Below are positions 7,870 to 18,287 of a stretch of DNA of 64,000 nucleotides, in pieces; position 1 is the first letter of the stretch, and every line of letters begins with the position of its first letter. The notes under the pieces are model-generated. The model was not told the origin of the DNA and did not search any database. It saw nothing but the letters and a program-made list of their open reading frames with translations. The position numbers and the translations under genes were made by a program. Origin of the DNA: an uncultured virus (IMG/VR IMGVR_UViG_3300044984_001006) (taxonomy: Duplodnaviria; Heunggongvirae; Uroviricota; Caudoviricetes; Crassvirales); IMG/VR virus record IMGVR_UViG_3300044984_001006; one strand, given 5' to 3'.

Positions 7870-8361
7870 ATGCCAACAAAAAAGAAAATTGAGCCTACGG
7901 CTAAGAAGTCGGGGGTTATGAGTAATAAATCTGGGCAAACGCCACCTAAGAAAGAAATGATAAAGAGAAAAGACGGTAGTGTTTCTCAAAGAGGATTATG
8001 GGATAATGTTAGAGCTAATGTGGGTTCTGGTAAAAAACCTACAAAAAGCATGTTAAAGGAAGGTGAGAAGATTACAAAAGAAAGTCCGTTAAAAAAGACG
8101 GCAGCTTGGACACGTAAGGAGGGTAAAGATCCTAAAGGAGGATTGAATGCAAAAGGAGTTGCGAGTTATAGAAGAGAAAACCCGGGTAGTAAATTACAAA
8201 CAGCTGTAACTAAAAAACCATCTGAGTTAAAACCGGGTAGTAAAGATGCGAAGCGTAGAAAATCGTTTTGTGCTAGAATGTCTGGTATGCCAGGGCCAAT
8301 GAAAAAACCGAATGGTGAACCAACTAGAAAGAAACTTGCGTTAGACAAGTGGAATTGTTAA
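7870..8361 (+). CDS. Basic phage protein (DUF6321-like C-terminal part)
   Basis: AAWTRKEGKDPKGGLNAKGVASYRRENPGSKL...RRKSFCARM...LALDKWNC, a widespread aquatic phage motif. Confidence 0.7.
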   Translation: MPTKKKIEPTAKKSGVMSNKSGQTPPKKEMIKRKDGSVSQRGLWDNVRANVGSGKKPTKSMLKEGEKITKESPLKKTAAWTRKEGKDPKGGLNAKGVASYRRENPGSKLQTAVTKKPSELKPGSKDAKRRKSFCARMSGMPGPMKKPNGEPTRKKLALDKWNC

Positions 8362-8379
8362 TAAACTAAATATATAAAT

Positions 8380-9015
8380 ATGGCAGGAATAATCGCATAT
8401 CCGATGGCAACACCAGAAATGGGTGATTTGTTATTGGGTACAGAAATAAAAGAAGAAGGCTCAGCACATTTAACTAAGAACTTTGCAATGGATGCAATAC
8501 GAGTTTTATTTGCGCAACAAACACCATTACGTGTTGAACCAGCATTAGTTGCAGCAGCTGAGGTTACAACAGAGATACAAAGTAGAATTGGTTTAACAGA
8601 TACAATTAAATTAGGTGATGATATAAATAGTAATATAGACGATGTTTACTACACCGAATCTAATGGTAGATTTATATTTAAGCCAGGCTTATATTATATC
8701 AGAATTAAAGCCCAAGTAGGTAACGATTATAGAGAAACGCCTGCTAGTTTATTCTTTGGTAAGTTTTTAAATGGAACTATGATTGACACACCTACAATGA
8801 TTTCCGTTGGTAGTGGGGATGCTTTTACAGCTTATGCAGAATCATTTTGGCTAACCGTAGAAGATGATGGTGAATATATGACCTTTGGCATAACAGCAAA
8901 AACAATAAGCAGTATTGATCCAGCAAGGTTACAAGCTACTGATCCAAATACAAACGGGTGGACTGGACATTCATCGCCATTCACAATTGATATATCAAAA
9001 GTAAATTTAGTATAA
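8380..9015 (+). CDS. Putative virion/tail fibre-associated protein
   Basis: Position in the fibre cluster; MA.I..YP N-terminus; beta-rich. Confidence 0.55.
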   Translation: MAGIIAYPMATPEMGDLLLGTEIKEEGSAHLTKNFAMDAIRVLFAQQTPLRVEPALVAAAEVTTEIQSRIGLTDTIKLGDDINSNIDDVYYTESNGRFIFKPGLYYIRIKAQVGNDYRETPASLFFGKFLNGTMIDTPTMISVGSGDAFTAYAESFWLTVEDDGEYMTFGITAKTISSIDPARLQATDPNTNGWTGHSSPFTIDISKVNLV

Positions 9016-9016
9016 T

Positions 9017-9763
9017 ATGGCAATAATCTATAGCTACCAACGGAATACAGACATACTAGCTACAGATCTTGTTATAGGTTCATCAACTAAGGTTGTAAAC
9101 GGTAAAAAGAAAAATGTAACTAAGAATTTTGAGATAGGTACTATTGCTGAATTCTACAACGAGATAAGCGCTATTGCTATTGCAGGTCAAAGCAATTTCT
9201 TTTTCCAAAATCAAATTGCACCGGGTAGAAAGCAGGGTTCCATTAGTTTTATTAATGGTAGTGGAACTGGTACACCTTTTAATAATATTACGGTATTGCG
9301 CATAAGTAAATTTGCTACATCAGGCAATGTTATTATAGACTATATAAACACATTGGTGGGTGAAGCTATTATGATTGCTCAGTGTGATGATCTAAATAAT
9401 TTCGGTATATATAAGTTTATTAGCATAACACCCGTTGTTGGAAATACTAATTTCTTTGACATCGAAATAGAAGCAGTGAATGCTCACGGGAGTATATTAC
9501 AGGATAAGTTTTATGCTTTTGCTGTTTATCCTGGATTTGTTAATCCGAACATAGACCCAAATGGAGGAGACAAGAACTTTGTATATACACAATTAGTGGC
9601 ATCGGCAGTATGGAATGTAGTACACAACTTAGATAAATTTCCATCTGTATCTGTAGTAGATGATGATCAAAACCAAGTATTCGGTTCTGTTGTATATAAT
9701 ACAGTTAACGATCTAACAATAACTTTTAACGGCGCTTTCTCAGGTAAAGCATATATAAATTAA
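9017..9763 (+). CDS. Tail fibre-associated protein
   Basis: C-terminal W.V.HNL.KFPSVSVVD...G.V.Y...L.ITF..AFSGKAY.N domain. Confidence 0.65.
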   Translation: MAIIYSYQRNTDILATDLVIGSSTKVVNGKKKNVTKNFEIGTIAEFYNEISAIAIAGQSNFFFQNQIAPGRKQGSISFINGSGTGTPFNNITVLRISKFATSGNVIIDYINTLVGEAIMIAQCDDLNNFGIYKFISITPVVGNTNFFDIEIEAVNAHGSILQDKFYAFAVYPGFVNPNIDPNGGDKNFVYTQLVASAVWNVVHNLDKFPSVSVVDDDQNQVFGSVVYNTVNDLTITFNGAFSGKAYIN

Positions 9764-9768
9764 TAATT

Positions 9769-10884
9769 ATGGCAATACAATATTTAAGTAGTATAAATCT
9801 TACTACTAATCAATTACAATATGCGGTTGTGCAACCGTCAACTTCTAACCCAACGTTATACACAGCGGTTGAAGGACAGATCTATTATAACTCTGTAAAT
9901 AAAAAGCTAAAGCTTTATGATGGTACAAACTGGGTAGATGTAGGGCAAGATGGTGATATTACAGAAATTCAAACTACAACATCAAATCAATTAACCATTA
10001 CCAACGGTACTGGGCCAATTCCGTCATTAGCTATTGTTACAGCAGCGGTTTCTAATGGTTCTACATCATTAGCTACGGGTGATCAAATTTATGATTTTGT
10101 TACTGGTCAAGGGTATTTAACTACAGCAGTAACTTCGGTTGCTACAGGAGCTGGATTAACCGGTGGTACAATTACAACAACTGGTACTATATCCTTAAAT
10201 TATGTAGGTGCATCTAACTTTATTGTTGTTGGATCTACAGCTACAGCAAGTTCAGGTGATTCATTATTATTTAATGACGATGCCGATGGTAATGTTAAGA
10301 AGACTACATTTGGGGCAATCCCTATGGATGCATTGACATTAGTTAAAAATTATGTTGATGCTTCTACTACAGCAGCTTTAGTTTATCAAGGAGGATATAA
10401 CGCAGCTACAAATACACCAGACTTAGATGTATCTCCTTCATCAGCAATTAAAACAGGTTGGACGTATGCAGTTACAGCAGATGGTACATTCTTTACTGAA
10501 CAAGTTAGGGTAGGTGATTTACTTATTGCAAATGTCAATGCTCCAACCACCTTAGCAGATTGGACTACATTACAAAATAACATTGATCTTGCGACTTATA
10601 CTGAACCAGGTATTGCATCATTCAGTTCTTCTGATTTCGTTGTAACAGCAGGAGCAGTTAGTTTAGCTACACCAGCAGCAACTTCTTATGCTACTACAGT
10701 AACGGTTACATCAACAATAACGCACAACTTAAATACAAAAGATGTTAATGTACAATTATATGATACAGTAACATTCGAAACTATATTCTCTGACGTATCT
10801 AGACCAACTGTAAATACAGTAACGGTAACATTTGCGACAGCACCAACCAATCCTATTAGAGTATTAGTAACAAAGGTTGGATAA
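9769..10884 (+). CDS. Tail fibre protein
   Basis: Thr/Gly-rich; GQIYYNS...LKLYDGTNW, YQGGYNAATNTP and THNLNT.DV.VQ motifs. Confidence 0.7.
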   Translation: MAIQYLSSINLTTNQLQYAVVQPSTSNPTLYTAVEGQIYYNSVNKKLKLYDGTNWVDVGQDGDITEIQTTTSNQLTITNGTGPIPSLAIVTAAVSNGSTSLATGDQIYDFVTGQGYLTTAVTSVATGAGLTGGTITTTGTISLNYVGASNFIVVGSTATASSGDSLLFNDDADGNVKKTTFGAIPMDALTLVKNYVDASTTAALVYQGGYNAATNTPDLDVSPSSAIKTGWTYAVTADGTFFTEQVRVGDLLIANVNAPTTLADWTTLQNNIDLATYTEPGIASFSSSDFVVTAGAVSLATPAATSYATTVTVTSTITHNLNTKDVNVQLYDTVTFETIFSDVSRPTVNTVTVTFATAPTNPIRVLVTKVG

Positions 10885-10902
10885 TCTAATAAAATATAAT
10901 AT

Positions 10903-13698
10903 ATGAAATTTAAAAGCGAAGTACAGCTCGAAGCTTTAAACAATGCTACTGTAGACACCGATAAGTTTTTGGTGTCTGACAGTACCACTGTAAAATATAG
11001 AACAGGTGCACAAGTGCTTTCTGACTTAGGAGTAAGTGGTATATACGTTCCTTACACAGGTGCTACAGGCAATGTTGATTTAGGCACACATACTTTATTA
11101 GCAAAAGATTTAATAATAAATCATTCTTCAGGAAGTGGAGTTGCCGCTTCTATTACTAAAAACGGTAGTGGCGAAGCTTTAACTATAATAAAAGGGTCAG
11201 GTAGTGGAAACGCTATGAGCGTTACAGGAGGATTAACTTCACTTGTAGATTTATCGTTATCTACAGTTGCTAATGCTACAGGAGATTTCCTTACGCATTC
11301 GGGTAGCACTATTCATAAAAGAACACCATCACAGGTATTATCTGATATAGGAGGACAAGCTGCTTTAACTAATCCAATTACAGGAACAGGTACAATAAAC
11401 TACATTTCTAAATTCACAGGCTCTACATCTTTAGGTAATAGTATTATAAGTGAAGTAAGTGGAGTTGCGGTAAGTATTGCAGGTAATGTTTCTGTTAATG
11501 GGAATTGGGCTACAACTTATCCTATTTATCAAATGATTGATACAAGGATTGGGGGTGCGGAATGGAATATTGAAAACGGTAGAACAATTGGTAATCTTGA
11601 ATTTTACAATGGAGCGGCTGGTGGAACAAAATTAACCTTAACACCTTCGGGTAACGTAGGTATTGGAACGACAATTCCCGATAGCAAACTTACGTCTTTA
11701 GGAAACATAAAGGTTGGTAACGCTTTAGATAATTCAAGTCAATGGATTGGAAAATCAAGTAGCGGAACAGAAACTTTTAGGGGTGCAATTAAATTTTTAA
11801 GCACTACAACTGACGATATTATTCAATTTAATACACATCGTTCGGGAGTAAGTTCCGATATTAGAATGACAATTGACGGAATAGGAAACGTAGGAATTGG
11901 AACGGCAAGTCCAGCTTGGAAATTAGACGTTAGTGGAGTAGGTAGATTTAGAGATGCAAACACTTATGAGGGAGCGTTTATAGAAGGAACAAACGGAATA
12001 GCTTATTTTGGTTCATTAGCGGCAGACGCAATATCTTTGTATTCAGGCGGAGTAAGTAGGGTTTATATAAATTCAAATGGCAACGTAGGAATTGGAACGA
12101 CAAGTCCTGCAAGAACATTACACGTTTTAGGCCAAACAGGGATTGGAACAGTATTAAAATTAGAAGGTGCTACAGGAACGACTACTTATTTACAATTATC
12201 ATACAATGGAGCGACAAACTCTCAAAGTGGGTATATAGGTTATGATTCAAGTTCTAATATGTCATTATTTACAAATGACTCCGAACGTATGCGTATCACT
12301 TCAGGCGGTAACGTCGGTATCGGAACGACAAGTCCTTTTTCAAATGCTAAACTTCAAATAAGACCAAGTTCAGATGTAAATATTGCTTTTCAACCTTCGA
12401 CTGGTTTAAGTAATGGCGGAAAAATAAATGCTTTTGATGACACTGCAAGTGTAAATGTTAATTTAGAAATTAACGGATTAAATTTAGGTTTTAAGACCAA
12501 TGAATCCGAAAGAATGCGTATTGCTTCAAACGGAGCAATCAAATTCAATTCATACGGTTCAGGTTCATTCACAGGTACAGCTACTCAGAGATTAGCGGTA
12601 GACAGTTCAGGTAATGTTATAGAGATTCCAATAGGTAGTGGTGCTGTAGACGGTTCAGGTACAACAAATTATGTAACGAAATGGACGGATGCTGATACAA
12701 TTGGTAATAGCCAAATATTTGATAACGGTGCTAATGTAGGTATAGGAACAAATATACCAAGTGCTGCTTTTCAAGTTGGGAATGGAACGGGTTTAAAAAA
12801 CATTTTAATAAGCGGTAGTGGTAATAATTTAGGATTAGGGGGATTAAGTGTATCTTTCTTAGGATTTGCAACGGGTACTATATCTACAGTAAATACATCA
12901 GGAGCAGTTCCTTTAGGAGTGGGCACTAGATCAACTCAACCATTAGTACTAGGTACAAACAATGCTGAAAGAATGCGAATTGATTCAAGTGGTAACGTAG
13001 GTATTGGAACTACTAGTCCTCAAACATTATTACAATTAGGAGAAGGTTCATTAAGTAACGCAACAACCAATCAATATTTAAGAGTAAATGCAGGTGGCTA
13101 TAATGCTTTATCTTATGCTCATTTAGATCTTTTTAATTTTGGTAATAACTTTGGCAATTCTTTAGGATGGAGATTAACTTCAGGTACAGAAGGGGCTGGT
13201 GTTTCAGTGGGTAGGTATTTATCATTTAATACTGTTGTTACAGATGGAAGTGGAAATCCTTCGACTTCAAGCGAACGTATGCGTATCACTTCGGGTGGCA
13301 ACGTAGGGATTGGAACTACAAGTCCTGGTGCTAAACTTGATGTTGATGCTAATGGATATTCAATTATTGCAAATAATGGGTATGGAAATAGGTCACTTTA
13401 TTTAGGAACAAACGGAGGAGAGCCAAGTATTCAAGCAACTTTGTCAAATGGTAGTCCAAGACAATTATCTTTAAATCCAAGTGGCGGCAACGTAGGTATA
13501 GGAACGACAAGTCCAAACGCAAGTGCAATACTTCATTTGAAATCAAATTCGAAAGGATTTCTTCCACCTTCAATGTCAACCGCAGATAGGGATAATATAG
13601 GCAGTCCTTTGGCAGGATTAATGATATTTAATAAAGAGGATGAAGTAATACAAGTGTTTACTAATGGATCAGGTTGGAAAACACTGGCTTGGGCATAA
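10903..13698 (+). CDS. Long tail fibre / receptor-binding protein with GNVGIGT repeats
   Basis: About eight (ERMRI.S.)GNVGIGT..P repeats; C-terminal KGFLPPSM...R..I.SP.AGLMIFN. Confidence 0.8.
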   Translation: MKFKSEVQLEALNNATVDTDKFLVSDSTTVKYRTGAQVLSDLGVSGIYVPYTGATGNVDLGTHTLLAKDLIINHSSGSGVAASITKNGSGEALTIIKGSGSGNAMSVTGGLTSLVDLSLSTVANATGDFLTHSGSTIHKRTPSQVLSDIGGQAALTNPITGTGTINYISKFTGSTSLGNSIISEVSGVAVSIAGNVSVNGNWATTYPIYQMIDTRIGGAEWNIENGRTIGNLEFYNGAAGGTKLTLTPSGNVGIGTTIPDSKLTSLGNIKVGNALDNSSQWIGKSSSGTETFRGAIKFLSTTTDDIIQFNTHRSGVSSDIRMTIDGIGNVGIGTASPAWKLDVSGVGRFRDANTYEGAFIEGTNGIAYFGSLAADAISLYSGGVSRVYINSNGNVGIGTTSPARTLHVLGQTGIGTVLKLEGATGTTTYLQLSYNGATNSQSGYIGYDSSSNMSLFTNDSERMRITSGGNVGIGTTSPFSNAKLQIRPSSDVNIAFQPSTGLSNGGKINAFDDTASVNVNLEINGLNLGFKTNESERMRIASNGAIKFNSYGSGSFTGTATQRLAVDSSGNVIEIPIGSGAVDGSGTTNYVTKWTDADTIGNSQIFDNGANVGIGTNIPSAAFQVGNGTGLKNILISGSGNNLGLGGLSVSFLGFATGTISTVNTSGAVPLGVGTRSTQPLVLGTNNAERMRIDSSGNVGIGTTSPQTLLQLGEGSLSNATTNQYLRVNAGGYNALSYAHLDLFNFGNNFGNSLGWRLTSGTEGAGVSVGRYLSFNTVVTDGSGNPSTSSERMRITSGGNVGIGTTSPGAKLDVDANGYSIIANNGYGNRSLYLGTNGGEPSIQATLSNGSPRQLSLNPSGGNVGIGTTSPNASAILHLKSNSKGFLPPSMSTADRDNIGSPLAGLMIFNKEDEVIQVFTNGSGWKTLAWA

Positions 13699-13739
13699 AT
13701 AATAAAAACTAAATAAATAAATAAATAAATAAATAAACT

Positions 13740-14129
13740 ATGATCACTTACAAATGGATTTTTTCTGCATTTGATTGCAGAGTAGACGAGGACGGAATGC
13801 AAGATGTTGTTACAACAGTGCATTGGAGGTACAACGGTACAACAAAAGATGGAATATCAGCGGAAATTTATGGGGCACAAGCCGTAGGAACACCTACTCC
13901 TGATGCATTCACACCTTATCCAGAATTAAACGAGGAGCAAGTTATTGGTTGGATGGAAGAAACAATGGATGTTCCAGCTATGCAGTTAAATATTGCTGAG
14001 CAAATTGAACTAATAATTAATCCTGTAATGGTAACATTACCTCCACCTTTTGCAAACACAGAAGAAACTGTTGTTGCTGTTGTAGATGGTGATGTTATAA
14101 TTGAAGAAGTAAATGTAGAAGTTAAATAA
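13740..14129 (+). CDS. Fibre-associated small protein
   Basis: DVV.TVHWRY...FTPY.EL.EEQVIGW motif; follows the fibre gene. Confidence 0.6.
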   Translation: MITYKWIFSAFDCRVDEDGMQDVVTTVHWRYNGTTKDGISAEIYGAQAVGTPTPDAFTPYPELNEEQVIGWMEETMDVPAMQLNIAEQIELIINPVMVTLPPPFANTEETVVAVVDGDVIIEEVNVEVK

Positions 14130-14154
14130 ACAATAATAATAATATTTAATAATT

Positions 14155-14415
14155 ATGGAATTACCTATAAATTTTAAAGAATTTTCAAAAGACCCCGTTA
14201 AAGGATTATTATTTTTAGTAATAATAGCGGTTGGTTATTTATATGTTGATAATAAAATGAACTATACGTCTCAGATAGAAAAATGTGGCGTCAATGTGGA
14301 AGCCCTAACAAAAAAAGTCGACTTATTAGACGAAAGGCTGCGTAAGTCAGACAGTACATTAGCCAGGGCAGCAACTAAGTTAGAAATGTTGGATCAAATT
14401 AAAGGGTTGGAATAA
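14155..14415 (+). CDS. Membrane-anchored coiled-coil protein (i-spanin- or holin-like)
   Basis: One TM helix followed by a coiled coil; in the lysis cluster. Confidence 0.5.
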   Translation: MELPINFKEFSKDPVKGLLFLVIIAVGYLYVDNKMNYTSQIEKCGVNVEALTKKVDLLDERLRKSDSTLARAATKLEMLDQIKGLE

Positions 14416-14792
14416 TGGAAAAAATATTTATAATTTTTGTAGTACTATTAGTATCGTGTAGTAAATCTAGGGTTACTAAAAAAGAAGTCGTAGCAATTGA
14501 TACTATATTTTCTAATAACGTAGAGAATATGGATAGCTTATTAATAAAAACCGAAGGGTTAGAAGACAACGTTGAACAGGTTGTTAATTATAAAGATATT
14601 TTAAGAGTAGAAAATTCTGATCTTAAAAATGAAAACTTTAATCTAAAAGAAGAAATAGCCACTACAAAAGATTGTTTAGTAATAGCTAATAAAAAAATAA
14701 ACGAATATAAAGTACCCAAGAAAAGATCATTATTTGACAAAGTAATTGGCGCAAATAAAGATTCAATAACAGTAATAGATACAATAAAATAA
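14415..14792 (+). CDS. Lipoprotein with coiled coil (o-spanin-like)
   Basis: Lipobox LLVSC; overlaps the stop of the previous gene. Confidence 0.5.
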   Translation: MEKIFIIFVVLLVSCSKSRVTKKEVVAIDTIFSNNVENMDSLLIKTEGLEDNVEQVVNYKDILRVENSDLKNENFNLKEEIATTKDCLVIANKKINEYKVPKKRSLFDKVIGANKDSITVIDTIK

Positions 14793-14794
14793 TT

Positions 14795-15049
14795 ATGGGA
14801 TTTTGGAAAAATTTATTAAGTGATGACAACAATATAAATGAAAAAACATTTGTTGGAGTTGTGTCTTTTTTTGCTATGATATTTGTGTTAATAGCAGATG
14901 TTATAACGGGAATAATTGGTAACAAATTAGTTATTGAAGAATTTATATTTAATGGATTTCTTATTTTGACATCCGTATCATTTGGCATATCCATGGCAGG
15001 AACAATATTTACTAAAAACAAAAACGAAGAACAAGATGCAACTGAGTAA
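14795..15049 (+). CDS. Putative holin
   Basis: Two TM helices; immediately upstream of the endolysin. Confidence 0.6.
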   Translation: MGFWKNLLSDDNNINEKTFVGVVSFFAMIFVLIADVITGIIGNKLVIEEFIFNGFLILTSVSFGISMAGTIFTKNKNEEQDATE

Positions 15050-15497
15050 AAATTTAGCATTAGCAGAAGTAACCAAGAGCAACACTGCTAAAAGAAAAGG
15101 AATTAGCAATATGCCAACACCTGAGCATATTGAAAACTTTAAAAAATTAGCTGAGAACGTGTTTCAACCTATTAGAGATAATTTTGGTGTGCCTATCAGA
15201 ATTAGTTCAGGATATAGAAGTAAAGCTTTGAATGCGGCTATTGGTGGAAGTCAGACTTCTCAGCATTGTTCTGGTGAAGCAATTGATATTGATATGGACG
15301 GCACATCAATTACTAATGCTCAAATATTTAATTATATTAAAGACAATTTAGTATTTGATCAAATGATTTGGGAGTTTGGTACGGATAAAAACCCTGATTG
15401 GGTTCATATATCTTATGAATCAACTGGTAAACAAAGAAAACAAATTTTAAAAGCAATTAGGGTAAATGGGAAAACAAGTTATATTCCGTATAAATAA
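15036..15497 (+). CDS. Endolysin, peptidase M15 family
   Basis: ATG at 15036; ISSGYRS..LN..IGG...SQH..GEA.D...WVH motifs. Confidence 0.85.
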   Translation: MQLSKNLALAEVTKSNTAKRKGISNMPTPEHIENFKKLAENVFQPIRDNFGVPIRISSGYRSKALNAAIGGSQTSQHCSGEAIDIDMDGTSITNAQIFNYIKDNLVFDQMIWEFGTDKNPDWVHISYESTGKQRKQILKAIRVNGKTSYIPYK

Positions 15498-15510
15498 ATA
15501 AAAAAACAGT

Positions 15511-15981
15511 ATGAGTAAATACATTTTAATATTGCTATCGACATTATTTTTAGCGTGTGGTGCAAGAAAAGTAAATAGAACCGATAAAGTCGAAGAGAAG
15601 GCTATCGTGGAGACTGTTGTGCAGAAAGACTCAATTAGTGAAGTTGCAAAAACGGAAATTAAATTTAACATTGATACACATGAAATAGAAATCATACCGA
15701 TCGATTCAACTAAGGAATTCGTTGTAGAAGGCAAAAAGTATTTTAATGCTCGTATTAAGATTAAAAATAAAAAAGATAACACTATATATTCAAAAGATAG
15801 TATAGTGTCTAAAACAAGCCAAAAACAATCAAAAACAGTAACTAAAGAAACTAAGAAAGAAAAAGTTAAGACAGTAGATAAGAAAGAAGCTAAAACATTT
15901 TGGTTTTGGTTATCTTTCTGGATTATATTACTATTATTAATTATTTGGTTGTATCAAAAATTTAAAAGTAAACTGTTTTAA
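15511..15981 (+). CDS. Lipoprotein with C-terminal TM helix (u-spanin-like)
   Basis: Lipobox LFLAC and C-terminal FWFWLSFWIILLLLIIWLY; follows the endolysin. Confidence 0.6.
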   Translation: MSKYILILLSTLFLACGARKVNRTDKVEEKAIVETVVQKDSISEVAKTEIKFNIDTHEIEIIPIDSTKEFVVEGKKYFNARIKIKNKKDNTIYSKDSIVSKTSQKQSKTVTKETKKEKVKTVDKKEAKTFWFWLSFWIILLLLIIWLYQKFKSKLF

Positions 15982-15983
15982 CC

Positions 15984-16010
15984 TAAAATGGTAAAATATA
16001 CGTAATAATA
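15984..16010 (+). promoter_or_regulatory. Middle/late promoter-like motif (TAAAA-N12/13-CGTRAT), representative copy
   Basis: CGTRAT in intergenic AT-rich DNA at 7590, 16001, 19327, 29993 and 37680 (+), and at 59067 and 60775 (-). Confidence 0.55.
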
Positions 16011-16043
16011 CAACTATCAACTTAAATTAAATAAAATCAAATC

Positions 16044-17597
16044 ATGACAGAAGCAATCGTAAAGAATCTTAACTTTGGCGAAGATGCAAAGAATAAGATA
16101 TTCGAAGGTATTACTAAATTAACTAGAGCCGTAAGTTCAACACTTGGTGCCAGTGGTAAATGTGTAATATTAGAAGATGGAGCTGGTAGACCAGTAATTA
16201 CAAAAGATGGTGTAACAGTAGCGGATAGTATTATACTATTAGATCCAGTAGAAAATATGGGTGCAACGTTACTTAAGGAAGCCGCAAGAAAAACAGTTAA
16301 AGAAGCTGGAGACGGTACAACAACCGCTACAGTATTAACTCATTCTATTTTAAATCATGCTTATAAAGTTCCAAAAGGTACTAGTAGCAGAGAATTAAAA
16401 GAAGGTATTGAGAATGCTACAGAAAAAGTAATTAAATACTTAGAAAGTATTGCAATACCAGTATCAGGAGATATGATTGATAACGTGGCTACTATATCTG
16501 TTAATAATGATCCTGAATTAGGTAAGGTTATTGCAGATGCTTTTAGAGCTGCTGGTGACAATGGTATCGTAATGATGGAAATGTCAGATCTTAATACTAC
16601 AGAAATAGAAGTTATTGATGGTATTCAATATGATAAAGGATTAGTTAATTCACATTTTGTAACTAATGCTTCAAAGAAAGCAGCAGAGTTAGATAATGCT
16701 TTAGTTCTTATCATTGAATCACCAGTTGAAAATATTAGACAAATACAAGGTACTTTAGAACACTGTATGAAAATAAAAAAGCCATTACTTATTATTGCAG
16801 ATATGGAACCCCAAGTTCTTTCAGTAATTGCAATGAACAAAGTTAAAGGTAATTTAAAGGCAAATGTTATTAACGCACCAACATACGGTGTTAATAAAAA
16901 AGATACATTAGATGATTTAGCATTATTAACAGGTGCTACAATTATTAACGAAGATCTTGGAGATGATATGGATCTTATAACTCCACAACATTTAGGATCA
17001 TGTATTAAAGCTGTAACAACCGATGTAGAGACCATTATTCAAGTTGGAGAATATTCACAAGAAGTATTGGATCTTATTGATACAGTAAAAAAACAATTAG
17101 AAACAGCTAAGAATCCAGCTGAGGTAATTAGATTGGAAAGAAGATTAGCAAGATTATCAGGCAAAGTAGCTGTTGTAAAAGTAGGCGCAGGATCTGATAT
17201 AGAATTAAAAGAAAAAGCAGATAGAGTAGAAGATGCAATCTGCGCAACAAAAGCAGCTATTAAAGAAGGCATTGTACCAGGTGGAGGAATTGCTTTATTA
17301 AATGCCGCAATGTATATTGGTGGATTAACAGAAGGAGAATGGGTATTACTAGACGCAATCAAAGCCCCTTATCATACAATATTATTAAATGCAGGAATTG
17401 AAATACCAATACCCCAAGAAGAAGGCTTAGGTTTAAATGTTATAACTGGTGAAACAGTTAATATGATTAAAGCCGGTATTATAGACCCATTACTTGTAAC
17501 AAAGTCTGCGTTAAAGAATGCTTCTTCAGTTGCTACAACTATTTTATCAACCGATTGTGTAATCAATAATCTTAGAATTAATGAAGGCAATAGGTAA
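16044..17597 (+). CDS. groEL: Chaperonin GroEL (phage-encoded)
   Basis: ITKDGVTVA, AGDGTTTATVL, EGIVPGGG and GIIDP motifs. Confidence 0.95.
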   Translation: MTEAIVKNLNFGEDAKNKIFEGITKLTRAVSSTLGASGKCVILEDGAGRPVITKDGVTVADSIILLDPVENMGATLLKEAARKTVKEAGDGTTTATVLTHSILNHAYKVPKGTSSRELKEGIENATEKVIKYLESIAIPVSGDMIDNVATISVNNDPELGKVIADAFRAAGDNGIVMMEMSDLNTTEIEVIDGIQYDKGLVNSHFVTNASKKAAELDNALVLIIESPVENIRQIQGTLEHCMKIKKPLLIIADMEPQVLSVIAMNKVKGNLKANVINAPTYGVNKKDTLDDLALLTGATIINEDLGDDMDLITPQHLGSCIKAVTTDVETIIQVGEYSQEVLDLIDTVKKQLETAKNPAEVIRLERRLARLSGKVAVVKVGAGSDIELKEKADRVEDAICATKAAIKEGIVPGGGIALLNAAMYIGGLTEGEWVLLDAIKAPYHTILLNAGIEIPIPQEEGLGLNVITGETVNMIKAGIIDPLLVTKSALKNASSVATTILSTDCVINNLRINEGNR

Positions 17598-17844
17598 TAA
17601 TATAGTTATTTTACCTAAGAAGGTAAAAGCTACAAAAGAAACAAAGAACGGTCTTATTTTAAAAGAAAAAGACAGTGAAGATATTAGATATAAAGAAGCA
17701 ATAATTGTATCGATCAGTGATGAAATAAAAGTCATTAAGGAAGGTGACGAAATATATTATGATAAACACGCTGGCCATACTATTGAATTTGAAGGTAATA
17801 AATATACAGTTATAAAACTACAAGATATAGTTGTTGTATTATGA
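17581..17844 (+). CDS. groES: Co-chaperonin GroES
   Basis: TKNGLIL mobile loop, IKEGDEIYY and DIVVVL; adjacent to groEL. Confidence 0.85.
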   Translation: MKAIGNNIVILPKKVKATKETKNGLILKEKDSEDIRYKEAIIVSISDEIKVIKEGDEIYYDKHAGHTIEFEGNKYTVIKLQDIVVVL

Positions 17845-18287
17845 AACGGTTAGAAGCTAGTGACCTACGTGAATCTGGTTTATTAAAACATTACAGAATA
17901 ATTAGGAGATGGGCTTGTAGAAATAACGGTCTTGCTGATGCAGATTTAGAATTATTAATATATTTTGATTGTTTAGATTTCTTTACTAGACATGATTATG
18001 AGGTAGGTACTTATACATATAGTTGGGATAAGATGCGCTGGGACAGGTTGTTAAAAGAAGGGTGGATAGTGGTTTGGAGAAAACGTAACCATACAACTCA
18101 AAAATACAATATATATAAAGTCTCTTTCAAGTGCAAACAACTAATAAGTAGAATGTACCGTATTATGATTGGAGACGAAGATATACCAACAAGCGAAAGA
18201 AGAAATACTATAATGAGAGGTAAAACATATACAGACACAGTTTTACAATCAGCAATAAAGAACGTTAATAAAGATAAAACACGATGA
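17841..18287 (+). CDS. Conserved hypothetical protein (possible winged helix)
   Basis: ORF track; overlaps the groES stop. Confidence 0.6.
   Translation: MKRLEASDLRESGLLKHYRIIRRWACRNNGLADADLELLIYFDCLDFFTRHDYEVGTYTYSWDKMRWDRLLKEGWIVVWRKRNHTTQKYNIYKVSFKCKQLISRMYRIMIGDEDIPTSERRNTIMRGKTYTDTVLQSAIKNVNKDKTR

Noticed and set aside
10903..13698. Diversity-generating retroelement target
   Set aside because: No reverse transcriptase in the window and no template/variable repeat pair differing at adenines
13700..13738. (AAAT)n tract
   Set aside because: Simple AT-rich intergenic microsatellite with no evidence of function
16361..17735. Antisense ORFs over groEL and other long genes
   Set aside because: Shadow ORFs from codon bias; no independent motifs
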